A stretch of 64,000 bases of DNA from an uncultured delta proteobacterium (lineage in GTDB: Bacteria; Myxococcota; Myxococcia; Myxococcales; Anaeromyxobacteraceae): positions 544,001 through 608,000 of the forward strand of contig CAWFDF010000004.1 of the NCBI GenBank assembly GCA_963814585.1, written 5' to 3'. This document shows, piece after piece, positions 18,873 to 29,479 of the stretch; the stretch's first letter is position 1; each line of letters starts with the position of its first letter. The position numbers and the translations under genes are program-made. The notes below the pieces were generated by a model. The model was not told where the DNA came from, did not search any database, and saw only the letters and a list, made by a program, of their open reading frames with translations.

Positions 18873-19529
18873 ATGCCGCCCCAGGTGATCCTTGCCATGA
18901 CGCTGTGCCTCGGCCTGCTGGCTCCCGCCGTCGCGGCCGGGCAGGTCGAGGCGACCCAGCCGGCGACGGCCGCCGAATCGGCGGGCGCCGCCCCGCTGGC
19001 TGGTCCGCGCCACGCGCTCTCCGTGGGCTACGACGCCACCACCTTCTGGAGCAGGCGCCCGAGCCGGTACACCCTCCAGGCCTGGACGCTCGGCTACTCG
19101 GGTTCCTGGGGGCAGCAGGGGCTCTTCACCAGGATCACCGCCACCTGGCCCTGGGGGGCCAGCCAGGACGGGCGGAGCGTGGCCTTCGACGACGTCTACG
19201 CCTCCGCGTACGGCCTCGACGTGCTGGCCGGCTGGCAGTGGCGGTGGGCCTGGCGCGGCGCCGAGCTGGAGGCCGGCCCGGGGCTGCACCTCAACCTGCT
19301 CAGCCTGGGCGGCACGCCCGCCTACGTGAGCTTCAGCGCCGTGCAGCTGGGCGCTGGCGGGCAGGCCACCCTGCGCTGGCCGACGGGGTGGCGGCTCTTC
19401 GGGAGCCTCGTCGACCTCGGGGTCACGGCGGGGCTGGCCGTCGACCTGTGGGACCCGGTCCGCGACAACGACCTCCGCAACGGCTTCGCCCTCAACGTCG
19501 CCCTGCAGGCGACCGTGGGCCGGAGGTGA
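18873..19529 (+). CDS. Exported protein, probable small outer-membrane beta-barrel
   Basis: GGAGGGAG RBS; signal peptide; alternating aromatic/hydrophobic strands (LSVGYD, WTLGYSG, LAGWQWRW, FALNVALQATVG). Confidence 0.6.
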   Translation: MPPQVILAMTLCLGLLAPAVAAGQVEATQPATAAESAGAAPLAGPRHALSVGYDATTFWSRRPSRYTLQAWTLGYSGSWGQQGLFTRITATWPWGASQDGRSVAFDDVYASAYGLDVLAGWQWRWAWRGAELEAGPGLHLNLLSLGGTPAYVSFSAVQLGAGGQATLRWPTGWRLFGSLVDLGVTAGLAVDLWDPVRDNDLRNGFALNVALQATVGRR

Positions 19530-19531
19530 CC

Positions 19532-20509
19532 ATGCGCCGGCGAGCCGCCCTCCCCCTGACGCTCCTCCTCGCCGCAGGTTGCCTCGGCCCCTACCCCGAC
19601 CTGGGCGAGCCGCTCGACCAGGGAATCGGCGTGAGCGGCGCGGCCTACGTGGCCGGCGTCCCGGGCGGAGCGCTCCGGCTCCTCGGCCTCGGCGGGGCGC
19701 CCACCTCGACCGCGGCGATCCCGTTCTCGCTCACCATCGTCGACACCACGCACCTCGTCCAGCCGGTGCGGACGCTGCAGGGGAGCTGGGCAGCCGCCCC
19801 GGGCGGCGCCGCCGCCGAGGCCCACGCCACCGTGGAGTTCCTCATGCCGGACGAGAGCAGCGAGTCCGTCGCCACGCGCGCCGGCGCCACCCGCAGCGTC
19901 ATCGACCTGCGTCAGACCGTCACCGTCCAGCTCGCCCCCGACGGCCGGCTCACCCTCTCGGGCGGCGACGGCTCCTTCGGCGGCGTCTACCTCCCGCTGG
20001 CGCAGGCGCTCGGCCACCTGGGGCGGAGCGGCTCGCCGGAAGACGCCTCCTGCGCCTACCAGGTCGCCAACCTGACGGTCATCTCCTCCCAGGCCCGCAT
20101 CCCCGGGTTCGGAGGCATGGGGATGCTCGAGTACACCTCCACGGCCGCCTTCGCCGGCACCAGCTCCGGCGGGCTCACCGTCAAGCTGGAATCGCCGTTC
20201 GCGCCCAGGACCGACATCACCTTCACCGGCTTCGCCGACTTCGACGGCATGGTGGCCGATGGGCTGCAGGTCACCGACGTGAACCTCTCCGGAGACGGGA
20301 GGATGTCCGGCGTCCTCACCTTCCACCTGACGCCGGCGCCGGGGCCGCCGATGGCGGTGTCGCTGGACTACGGCAACGTCTCGCTCGCCAACGGCGTCCC
20401 CACGGGCGGCACCTACGGCGTCTCCGTCGACGCGCAGCCGGCCGTCCAGCTCTCGGCCACCGCCATGCCGCGCGTCCCGGCCACCGCGACCTGCCTCGGG
20501 CTTCCCTAG
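19532..20509 (+). CDS. Hypothetical lipoprotein
   Basis: GGAGG RBS, lipobox LAAGC, 2 bp after the upstream stop; beta-rich sequence. Confidence 0.75.
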   Translation: MRRRAALPLTLLLAAGCLGPYPDLGEPLDQGIGVSGAAYVAGVPGGALRLLGLGGAPTSTAAIPFSLTIVDTTHLVQPVRTLQGSWAAAPGGAAAEAHATVEFLMPDESSESVATRAGATRSVIDLRQTVTVQLAPDGRLTLSGGDGSFGGVYLPLAQALGHLGRSGSPEDASCAYQVANLTVISSQARIPGFGGMGMLEYTSTAAFAGTSSGGLTVKLESPFAPRTDITFTGFADFDGMVADGLQVTDVNLSGDGRMSGVLTFHLTPAPGPPMAVSLDYGNVSLANGVPTGGTYGVSVDAQPAVQLSATAMPRVPATATCLGLP

Positions 20510-20659
20510 AGGAACCGGTCGAGCGGGCCCGCCCCGCCCGGGGTCGGGTGATCGCCCGATGCCCACCCCCGGAATCAAAGGCGCCCGAACCGGGCACACG
20601 CCCAATGGCGGGCGGCGCCGCCAGGGGGCAATGTCCGATCACGAAAGGGGAACGACACC

Positions 20660-21067
20660 ATGACCTCGTACAACGGCAATTCGAAGGTGAAGAGCGGCTA
20701 CTACTTTTCGATGAGCACCCTGGCGGTCGAGGTGGTCGGCGAGGACGGCGGCACGCTGCCCGGCGCCTCCACCACCCGGTACTTCAGCGTCCCGTTCCCG
20801 CTCCTCTTCGCGGTGATTCCCGTGGTCGGGCTGGCCTTCCTGATGTTCCTCCCCTTCATCGGCTTCGCCCTGCTCGGCCTGGCCATCGCCAAGGCCGTCA
20901 CCAGCCGCCTCCACGAGCGGGCCGGCGCCTTCGCCGCCACCGTCGCGCCTCCGCACGCCACCGGCGCCGCCTACCTGGGCGGTCGCGAGGGGGAGAAGAA
21001 GAACGAGGCGGTCACGCCCGAGATCGAGAAGCTCGAGAAGGAAGTGGCCGAGAAGCGGAAGGTCTAG
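20660..21067 (+). CDS. Small membrane protein of unknown function
   Basis: AAAGGGG RBS; VKSGYY N-terminus, long central hydrophobic hairpin, charged C-terminus. Confidence 0.8.
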   Translation: MTSYNGNSKVKSGYYFSMSTLAVEVVGEDGGTLPGASTTRYFSVPFPLLFAVIPVVGLAFLMFLPFIGFALLGLAIAKAVTSRLHERAGAFAATVAPPHATGAAYLGGREGEKKNEAVTPEIEKLEKEVAEKRKV

Positions 21068-21123
21068 GGCCCAGGGCCCCGACCCAGAGCCCGCCGGTGG
21101 AGTCGAGGTAGACGGCGGGGGCG

Positions 21124-21173
21124 GACGACACGACGGCGCCACCGGTGTTCCCCACGGTGGCGCCGCTGTCGTC
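21124..21173 (+). terminator. GC-rich stem-loop after the small membrane protein gene
   Basis: gacgaca-cga-cggcgccaccg ... cggtggcgccg-c-tgtcgtc inverted repeat; only a short U tail. Confidence 0.5.
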
Positions 21174-21602
21174 TTCGAGACGGCGTGGAAGGCGGCCGGA
21201 TCGACGGCGGGCAAGGCAAGCCGCTCCGGGCTGGCGTCCAGCTGCGGCCCGGGCTCCCCCCCTTCCTCACGGGGCATCGGGCGAGGCTGGCTCCGTCACC
21301 GGATGGCCATGGAGCCGCCGCGCGGCCCGTCGCCGCAGGACTGGCCGGCGGAATGATCCTCGAGGTCGCTGCGCTCGCCTGACCCGGCGGGCGCTACCGG
21401 GCGGGGCGCTGCAGCTGCTGGGCGTCGCGTTCCACGACGCCGGGCCCATGACAGGCCGGACCAGTGGTGCGTGTCTCGCAGGCGCCGGGGTCGGTCCCGA
21501 ATGGGCTGTAGGCAACATTTTATTGGCCCGATCGAAGTATCCCTTTAGGGGCCAAGCCACCGATATCGCTCCGCTCCCACATCGACCTCCGTTTCGGCAC
21601 AC

Positions 21603-21668
21603 TGTCAATATTATGAATACCTTCAGGCACATAGCCGTATTGACGCCTTGCGCTACGGCAGCTACCAC
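21603..21668 (+). promoter_or_regulatory. AT-rich promoter region: candidate sigma70-type TTGACG-N17-TACCAC with an overlapping GTCAATA...TATTGAC inverted repeat
   Basis: Locally AT-rich patch in the ~760-bp intergenic region upstream of the cytochrome c lipoprotein; -35 at 21640-21645. Confidence 0.35.
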
Positions 21669-21832
21669 ACCGTCAAGTCTGTACCGTGATCATGTCTCAC
21701 CTGTTCATGGTTCAGGCCTGCGGTCCGGAGGCACGACGCGTCGCAGCAAGGCAACGGGACGCGTCGCGGGTGGGACCGATTGGCCCCACCCGGCCTCACG
21801 GAGCGCCAACCTGAAGCGCTGGAGGTGGACGC

Positions 21833-23147
21833 ATGACGAAGCAGAAGCAGAACTCCGATGGTGATGTGGCTGGGCGCCGCGGTGCTGGGCCTGGTGCTGG
21901 CGGCCTGCGGTCCGGGCGCGGTCGAGGGCTCGGCGGTGACCGGCGTGGCCCTCACCGACGGGCCGATCCTGGGGACCGTGTCGCTCAACGACTCGTCGGC
22001 CCAGATGAAGAGCCGCACCGTCTCGACACGCAGCGACGGGACCTTCTCCATCGACGTCGCCGACCTGGCCCCGCCTTACCTGCTCAAGGTCGAGTGGCAG
22101 GACGCCGCGGGGAGCAACCAGCTCTTCGCCGTCTCGGAGCGGAGCGACAACCTCGACGTCAACCCCATCACCGACGTGGCCTTCGACGTCGCCAGCGGCA
22201 CCAGCGACCCGGAGGAGGTGTTCAGCGAGTCCGGGCCGGCCAAGAACCGGAGCACGGCCACCAGGGCCCGCGCCCTGCTCACCACGCTGAGCTCGGTGCT
22301 GGCGCCGCTCTTCGAGCTCTACGGCATCGAGGATCCGATCACCGACAAGGCGGCCGTCCGCGGCCTCCTCGAGGACGTCAAGGTGACCAAGTCCGACGGC
22401 ATCGTCACCGTCACCAACAAGGAGACCGGCGCCGTCATCTTCCAGGGCCCCCTCGCCGACCTGGCGTCCGGGACCTTCCACGCCGATGCCATGCCCGACG
22501 GCCCCGGCACCACGACGCCACCGCCGACCCCGGCCACCTGCACCTCGTTCGGCTACTCGGCCTGGGGCACCTGCCAGTCCGACAACACCCAGACCCGCAC
22601 CGTGACCTCCTCGTCCCCGACCGGCTGCACCGGCGGCTCCCCGGTCACCACCCAGGCCTGCATCTACGTCCCCCCGGTCACCGCCTGCACCTCGTTCGGC
22701 TACTCGGCCTGGGGCACCTGCCAGTCCAGCAACACCCAGACCCGCACCGTGACCTCGTCCTCCCCGACCGGCTGCACCGGCGGCTCCCCGGTCACCACCC
22801 AGGCCTGCACCTACGTCCCCCCGGTCACCGCCTGCACCTCGTTCGGTTACTCGGCCTGGGGCACCTGCCAGTCCAGCAACACCCAGACCCGCACCGTGAC
22901 CTCGTCGTCCCCGACCGGCTGCACCGGCGGCTCACCGGTCACCACCCAGGCCTGCACCTACGTCCCGCCCATCGACGGCGCGGCGCTCTACACGCAGTAC
23001 TGCGCCGGCTGCCACGGCACCTCGAAGAAGGGGTCGTCGGCGACGGCGATCCAGGCCGCCATCGACAGCAACCGCGGCGGCATGGGCTCCGCGGAGCTCC
23101 GGGCGCTGACTCCCGCCCAGATAGCGGCCATCTCGGCCGCCAAGTAG
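21833..23147 (+). CDS. Lipoprotein cytochrome c with three TSP1-like Cys repeats (probable +1 error near 21855; in-frame ORF is 21858..23147)
   Basis: GGAGGT RBS before ATG 21833 (MTKQKQN); lipobox LAAC; 3 x 49-aa repeat; C-terminal GAALYTQYCAGCH...GGMG mono-heme domain. Confidence 0.85.
22539..22970 (+). repeat. 147-bp tandem repeat x3 (CTSFGYSAWGTCQS.NTQTRTVTSSSPTGCTGGSPVTTQAC)
   Basis: Copies start at 22539, 22686 and 22833 and are nearly identical. Confidence 0.95.
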
Positions 23148-23188
23148 CCGGGCCTCGCACCCCGGGCGCGACACTGAGCCCGGCCGAT

Positions 23189-23220
23189 CGCCCTGCCCCG
23201 CACCGTCGGGGTGGGGCGTT
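23189..23220 (+). terminator. Stem-loop downstream of the cytochrome gene
   Basis: cgccctgccccg-caccgt-cggggtggggcg-tt (includes G-U pairs). Confidence 0.45.
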
Positions 23221-23267
23221 CGCGTCGGGCCCGGGACGTGACACGGACCTCGGGCTGGAGAGGGCGG

Positions 23268-24509
23268 ATGCCTCCATCATCACGGCTCACCGTGGCGCTG
23301 CTGACGCTGGCCCTGGCCGGTCCCACCCTGGCCGCGCCGCGCATCGCCATCGCGCCGGTGAAGGGGGACCTGCGAGGCGACGTCGGCGCCCAGCTGGTTG
23401 GCGCCCTGTGCGCCGATCACCGCTGCGTTCCCGGCGCCCTGGCCGGCGACCGCCCTGACCTGGCACGCGCCCGGCGCCTGGGCGTCGAGGGCTCCCTCCT
23501 CAGCTCCATCTGGCGCGAGCGGGGCGGCCGCGTCCTCTCGCTCGCCCTCTTCACGGCCGGGCCGAGACCGGAGCGGAGCTGGGTGCTGCCGCTGGACGCC
23601 GCCGGGCTCCTCTCGACGGCCCGGCTCGAGCGGCTCGTCTCCGAGCTGGACGCCGCGCTCGGCGTCGCGCCACCCACCGCCGCTCCACCGCCATCGGCGC
23701 CACCTGCCGCGGCCGGCCGGACGCCATCTCCTTCCCCACGCGCGCCGGCGCTGGTCCTCTCCGCTCCGCCACCGTCCCCCTCTCGGTCGCTGGCCGCCAG
23801 CCCGTGGCTCGCGGTCGAGGCCGGGGTCGCGCCGGTCCACCTCGGGCTGCACTTCCCGGCCGGTGGCACGGCGCCGGTCGGGTATTCCGTCGCCCTGCCA
23901 GCCGCTCCGCGGCTGGGCCTCGAGCTCTACCCGCTCCGCCCGCTCGGCGGGAGGACCGCCGGCCTCGCCCTCTTCGGCGACGCGTCCTGGCAGGACGGCA
24001 TCGAGTTGCCGGCCGGCAGCCGCACCCTCCAGGCCAGCTACTCGCGCCTCCGCGCCGGCCTGCGCTGGCGGCTCGCCGTGGCGAGCTGGCTGGTGGTGGT
24101 GCCCGCCCTGGCCTGGGAGCGGGAGTCCTTCGTCGTCGCCGCCACCGACGGCGCCCGGCTTCCGGGCCTCCCCGACACCGAGCTGGCCGGTGGCTCGGCG
24201 GCCCTCGACGTCGAGCTGCCGCTGGGTGGCACGCGCTTCACCCTGCTGGCCGGCGGGCGCGCGACCCGGTGGACCGACGCCGGAGAGCTGGCCGGCGGTT
24301 CGAGCTTCTTCCCGGGAGGGAGCGCCTCGGCGCTGGAGGCCGAGGCCGGAGCCTCCGTGGCGCTGGTCGGGCCGCTCTCGCTGCGGGCGCTCGGCCGCCG
24401 TGCGTCCACGCGCTGGTCCCTCGACGTCGACCCGAGCGGCGCCTACTCGGTCCGCTCGGCGCTCGCCGAGAGCTGGGGCGGACGCGTCGTGCTGCGGCTG
24501 GAGCTGTAG
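23268..24509 (+). CDS. Exported protein: N-terminal alpha/beta domain, Pro linker, probable C-terminal beta-barrel
   Basis: Signal peptide ending TLA-A; Pro-rich linker; amphipathic strands ending WGGRVVLRLEL. Confidence 0.6.
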   Translation: MPPSSRLTVALLTLALAGPTLAAPRIAIAPVKGDLRGDVGAQLVGALCADHRCVPGALAGDRPDLARARRLGVEGSLLSSIWRERGGRVLSLALFTAGPRPERSWVLPLDAAGLLSTARLERLVSELDAALGVAPPTAAPPPSAPPAAAGRTPSPSPRAPALVLSAPPPSPSRSLAASPWLAVEAGVAPVHLGLHFPAGGTAPVGYSVALPAAPRLGLELYPLRPLGGRTAGLALFGDASWQDGIELPAGSRTLQASYSRLRAGLRWRLAVASWLVVVPALAWERESFVVAATDGARLPGLPDTELAGGSAALDVELPLGGTRFTLLAGGRATRWTDAGELAGGSSFFPGGSASALEAEAGASVALVGPLSLRALGRRASTRWSLDVDPSGAYSVRSALAESWGGRVVLRLEL

Positions 24510-24600
24510 GTCACCGCGCCGGGGACCGGCTGGTGCCTGGAGGTGACCCGGCCGAAGCCACCCGAGTTGCACTAGACTGCGGTGAGCGAGGAGATCCCCC

Positions 24601-25581
<981 letters not shown>

Positions 25582-25777
25582 GCCGCCAGGACTGGCGTCC
25601 CCTCGCGGGTCACGGCGGCGGGCTCGGCCACTGCGCGATCTGGTGCCGTGAGCCAGCTGGCTCGTGTTGTCTGACGGTCCACCCGGATACGCCCCGATCG
25701 GGGTGCGGCAGTTGTATCCATCGACCGCCCGTCGCCATACTTCGGCGGCTTCCCCACCTGCTCCCACGAGGTCCCAC

Positions 25778-28165
25778 ATGCCATACGCAAAGGCGCTCGC
25801 TGCTTGTCTGCTGGTGCTGACGGCGTCGGCCGCGCTCGCGGCCAAGCCTCATGCCTCGAAGCCGAAAGACACCAAGGTGACGATCATCCGTGACGAGTAC
25901 GGCGTGCCTCATCTCTATGCCGACACCCTGGCGCCGCTCTTCTACGGCGTCGGGTGGGCGCAGGGCCAGGACCGCCTCTGGCAGGCGGAGACCCTGCGGC
26001 GGGCCTCGACCGGGACGCTCGCCGAGTGGTTCGGCCCCGGATCGATCGCCAGCGACGTCCAGGCACGCACCATGTTCGGGCCGCCGAGCCGCCGGGCCGC
26101 CCTGCTCGACGGGGCGAGCCGCGACGTGAAGGTCATGTTCGAGTCGTTCGCGGCAGGGATGAACGGCTGGATCGCCGAGGCGACCGCGACCGGCCAGCTG
26201 CCGTACGAGTACGCGGCGTTCGGCGTGGCCCCGCGCCCCTGGACCGTGGACGACTCGCTGGCGGTCTACATGCTGCTGGGGAGCCGCTTCGGCTGGTTCG
26301 GATCCGACGAGCTCGACAACGCCATGGCCTATGGCGACCTGGTGGCCCGCCTGGGGCCGGAGGAGGCCGCCAGGGCCTTCGCCGACACCCACTGGCTCGA
26401 GGACCCGAGCGCCGTCACCACCGATCCGGCCGAGCGACGCCACGGCCACCATCGCGGCGACGGCCACGGCGAGGCGCGCCACTCCGACGACGCGGCCAGG
26501 GCCGGGCGCGACGCCCGCGAGCGCGAGGACGAGGTGGAGAAGGCCCGCTCCCAGGTCGGCCTCCGCCGGACCCACATGTCGAACGCCATCGTCCTCGGCC
26601 CGCGGATGTCGGCCGACGGGAAGCCGCTGCTGCTGGGCGGCCCGCAGATGGGCTACGGCGCCCCCCAGATCAACCACGAGATGGGGCTGCACGGCGCCGG
26701 CTTCGAGGTCACCGGCATGCAGATCGCCGGGTGGCCGCTCATCCCCATCGGCGTCGGCCGCGGCTACGCCTGGTCGCTCACCTCGGGCGGGTCGGACAAC
26801 TCGGACATCTTCGAGCTCGAGCTGAACCCCGCCAACCCCGGCCAGTACCGCTACCAGGGCGCCTGGCGGAACCTCGACTGCCGCGTGGAGGCGATCCCGG
26901 TGGCCGGCCAGGCGCCGGTGAGCCAGACCCTGTGCGCCTCGGTCCAGGGCCCGCTGATCGCCGCCGCGGGCGCCAAGGCCTACGCCTTCCGGAACACCAC
27001 CTTCGGCAACGAGATGACGACCTTCGAGGCCTGGAGCTCGCTCGGCCGGGTCCGCAACTTCGCCCAGTTCCGAAAGCAGCTCTCCCAGGTGGCCCACAAC
27101 TTCAACGTCATGTACGCCGACGACCAGGGGAACTTCGCCCACTTCCACATCGGCAGGATCCCGGTGCGCGCGCCCGGCGCCAACCCGTTCTTCCCGCAGC
27201 CCGGCGATGGCAGCTCGGACTGGCAGGGGACGATCCCCTTCGCGGACATGCCGCACTCGGTGAACCCGGAGAAGGGCTGGCTGACCAGCTGGAACAACAA
27301 GCCCGGCCCGGACTGGCCGAACTCGTCGGCGGGCTTCTGGGACTGGGGGCCGGTGCACCGGGTGAACACGCTGCGGCGGATCCTCGAGCAGCTCCCCCCC
27401 CACTCGGCGACGCTCGGCACGCTGGCCGCCATCAACCGCCAGGCCGGCTTCACCACCGACTCGCCGTCGGGCAGCGCCGACACGGTGATCGTCTCCACCA
27501 TGCTCGACCAGATGCTCGACGCGGTGGACGCCTCGGCGGACCCGCGGCTCCCCGGGGCCATCGCGCTGCTGCGTGGCTGGAACTGGCTCCAGGAGGACGA
27601 GGATGGCGACGGCCACTACGACAGCCCGGCGGTGGCCGTGTTCAACACCTGGTGGGACCAGGTCGTCTCCTCCGTGCTCCTGCCCAAGCTCGGGCCGGCC
27701 GCCGACTCCACCGTCTGCGGCAACCTGGTGTACCGGCTCCTCGAGGGCGACCGGGCGGCGCTGCCGGTGCAGGCCGACTACCTCGGCGCGCGGACCATCG
27801 GCGAGGCGCTCACCGGCGGCCTGCGGGACGCCCTCGACGCGCTGACGGCGCAGTACGGCACGGCCACCACGTCGGAGTGGCTGCAGGCACGGGCCGAGAT
27901 CCACTGGACTCCGGGCGGGATCGGCTCGGTCTCCAACACCATCTGGATGAACCGCGGGACCTATGGCCAGCTGGTCCACCTCGGCAAGAAGGACCACCTC
28001 CGCGCCGTGAACGTCATCGCGCCGGGGCAGAGCGGTGACTTCCGGAGCCCGCACTTCGACGACCAGCTCGACCTCTACGCCACCTGGACCTACAAGCCGA
28101 TGCGGCTCACCAGGAAGGCGCAGCTGGAGAACGCCGAGTCGGTCACCACCCTCTCGATGCCCTGA
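25778..28165 (+). CDS. Penicillin acylase family Ntn hydrolase (exported)
   Basis: Signal peptide; IIRDEYGVPHLY, GWAQGQDRLWQ, beta-chain start SNAIVLG, PQMG, WNNKP, PGQSG, HFDDQLDLY. Confidence 0.92.
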   Translation: MPYAKALAACLLVLTASAALAAKPHASKPKDTKVTIIRDEYGVPHLYADTLAPLFYGVGWAQGQDRLWQAETLRRASTGTLAEWFGPGSIASDVQARTMFGPPSRRAALLDGASRDVKVMFESFAAGMNGWIAEATATGQLPYEYAAFGVAPRPWTVDDSLAVYMLLGSRFGWFGSDELDNAMAYGDLVARLGPEEAARAFADTHWLEDPSAVTTDPAERRHGHHRGDGHGEARHSDDAARAGRDAREREDEVEKARSQVGLRRTHMSNAIVLGPRMSADGKPLLLGGPQMGYGAPQINHEMGLHGAGFEVTGMQIAGWPLIPIGVGRGYAWSLTSGGSDNSDIFELELNPANPGQYRYQGAWRNLDCRVEAIPVAGQAPVSQTLCASVQGPLIAAAGAKAYAFRNTTFGNEMTTFEAWSSLGRVRNFAQFRKQLSQVAHNFNVMYADDQGNFAHFHIGRIPVRAPGANPFFPQPGDGSSDWQGTIPFADMPHSVNPEKGWLTSWNNKPGPDWPNSSAGFWDWGPVHRVNTLRRILEQLPPHSATLGTLAAINRQAGFTTDSPSGSADTVIVSTMLDQMLDAVDASADPRLPGAIALLRGWNWLQEDEDGDGHYDSPAVAVFNTWWDQVVSSVLLPKLGPAADSTVCGNLVYRLLEGDRAALPVQADYLGARTIGEALTGGLRDALDALTAQYGTATTSEWLQARAEIHWTPGGIGSVSNTIWMNRGTYGQLVHLGKKDHLRAVNVIAPGQSGDFRSPHFDDQLDLYATWTYKPMRLTRKAQLENAESVTTLSMP

Positions 28166-28229
28166 GCGGGCCGGCGCGGCGCGTCCTCCGGGGCGCGCCG
28201 CGACCGGGCGCCCCTCGTTCGTGCCGCCA

Positions 28230-29444
28230 TCAACCCGCGGCGCCGCCGCGGGACGGCCTGGGCAGGAGCGCGCTCACCAGGATGGCGGCGGCGGCGAAGG
28301 CCGCCGCCATGAGGAAGCTGGAGGAGAAGCTGCCGCTTCGCTCGGCGAGGATCCCGGCCACCGCCGGCCCCGCCACCTGGCCGAGCCCGAAGAAGAAGGT
28401 GATGAAGCCGAAGGCGCCGAGGGCGCGCGCCGGCCCGACCTGGTCGGTGACCGCGGCGATCATGATGGTGGGGATGGACCAGGCGGCGAAGCCGAAGAGC
28501 CCGATGGACAGGTGCAGGAAGACCCTCGGCAGGTCGCCGGCGGCGAAGAGGTAGGCGATCAGCTGGACCGCGAAGACGGCCATCAGGCCGGCCCGCCGGC
28601 CGCGACGGTCGGAGAGGGCCCCGAAGACCGGGCCCGAGAGCAGCGACAGCAGCCCGACCCAGGACCAGAAGCGGCCCGCCTCCACCTCGGAGAAGCCTCG
28701 CTCGCGCACCAGCGAGGTCACGATGAAGGTCACGTAGATGGCATAGGTGTAGCCGAAGAGGGCGTAGGCCAGCCCGAGCAGCCAGATCGGCCTGCTCCTC
28801 GCCGTGGCCACCTGCGCCGCGGCGGGGCGGAGCGGCGCCCCGGCCGGCACGGCCGGGGCCGGTGGATCCCGCAGCAGCAGCGCGGCGATCACGGCGATGG
28901 CGCCCACCGCCCCGGCGAGCAGGAACCAGTTGGTGCGCCACCCGTCCGCGCCGTACCGCCCGTTCACCCAGGGGATGAGCGCCCCCGACGCGATGATGGC
29001 GAAGCCGCTGCCGATGGAGGCGAAGCCGGCGGCCCGGCCGCGCCCGCTGCTGTCGAACCAGCGCGCGATGAGCCCCATCACCGGGACGTTGGCGGAGCCG
29101 CTCCCGAAGCCGGTGACGGCATAGAGCGCCACCACGGCCGGAAAGGTGGCGGCCCGGCTCACCAGCAGCATCGAGGCGGCGATGGCCAGCAGGGCCAGGA
29201 CCACCAGGCGGCGCGCCCCGATGCGCGCGGCGAGCGGGCCGGCGGAGACCACGGCGGCCAGGTAGCCCAGGAAGTTGGCGGTGCCGATGGTGCCGCACTG
29301 GGTGTAAGAGAGCGAGAGCCCCGCCGCCATGGAGGGCAGCAGCATGCCGAGCGCGAAGCGGCCGAGGCCGAGGCAGGCGAAGATCGTCAGCGTGCCGGTG
29401 CCGACGATCACCCAGGCGTAGCGACGGGCCGGCCACGGAGCCAT
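28230..29444 (-). CDS. MFS transporter (YbfB/YjiJ-like)
   Basis: GLGRFALGMLLPSM, GTANFLGYL, GALSDRRGRR; about 12 hydrophobic segments. Confidence 0.88.
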   Translation of the reverse strand: MAPWPARRYAWVIVGTGTLTIFACLGLGRFALGMLLPSMAAGLSLSYTQCGTIGTANFLGYLAAVVSAGPLAARIGARRLVVLALLAIAASMLLVSRAATFPAVVALYAVTGFGSGSANVPVMGLIARWFDSSGRGRAAGFASIGSGFAIIASGALIPWVNGRYGADGWRTNWFLLAGAVGAIAVIAALLLRDPPAPAVPAGAPLRPAAAQVATARSRPIWLLGLAYALFGYTYAIYVTFIVTSLVRERGFSEVEAGRFWSWVGLLSLLSGPVFGALSDRRGRRAGLMAVFAVQLIAYLFAAGDLPRVFLHLSIGLFGFAAWSIPTIMIAAVTDQVGPARALGAFGFITFFFGLGQVAGPAVAGILAERSGSFSSSFLMAAAFAAAAILVSALLPRPSRGGAAG

Positions 29445-29479
29445 GCGCCGGCAGTGTACGGCTGGAGGCGCCGAAGATC

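Noticed and set aside
21730..21800. c-di-GMP/GEMM riboswitch upstream of the cytochrome lipoprotein
   Set aside because: GGCAAC and GGGACGC fragments are present, but the GNRA-capped stem and GCAAAGC spacing are missing.
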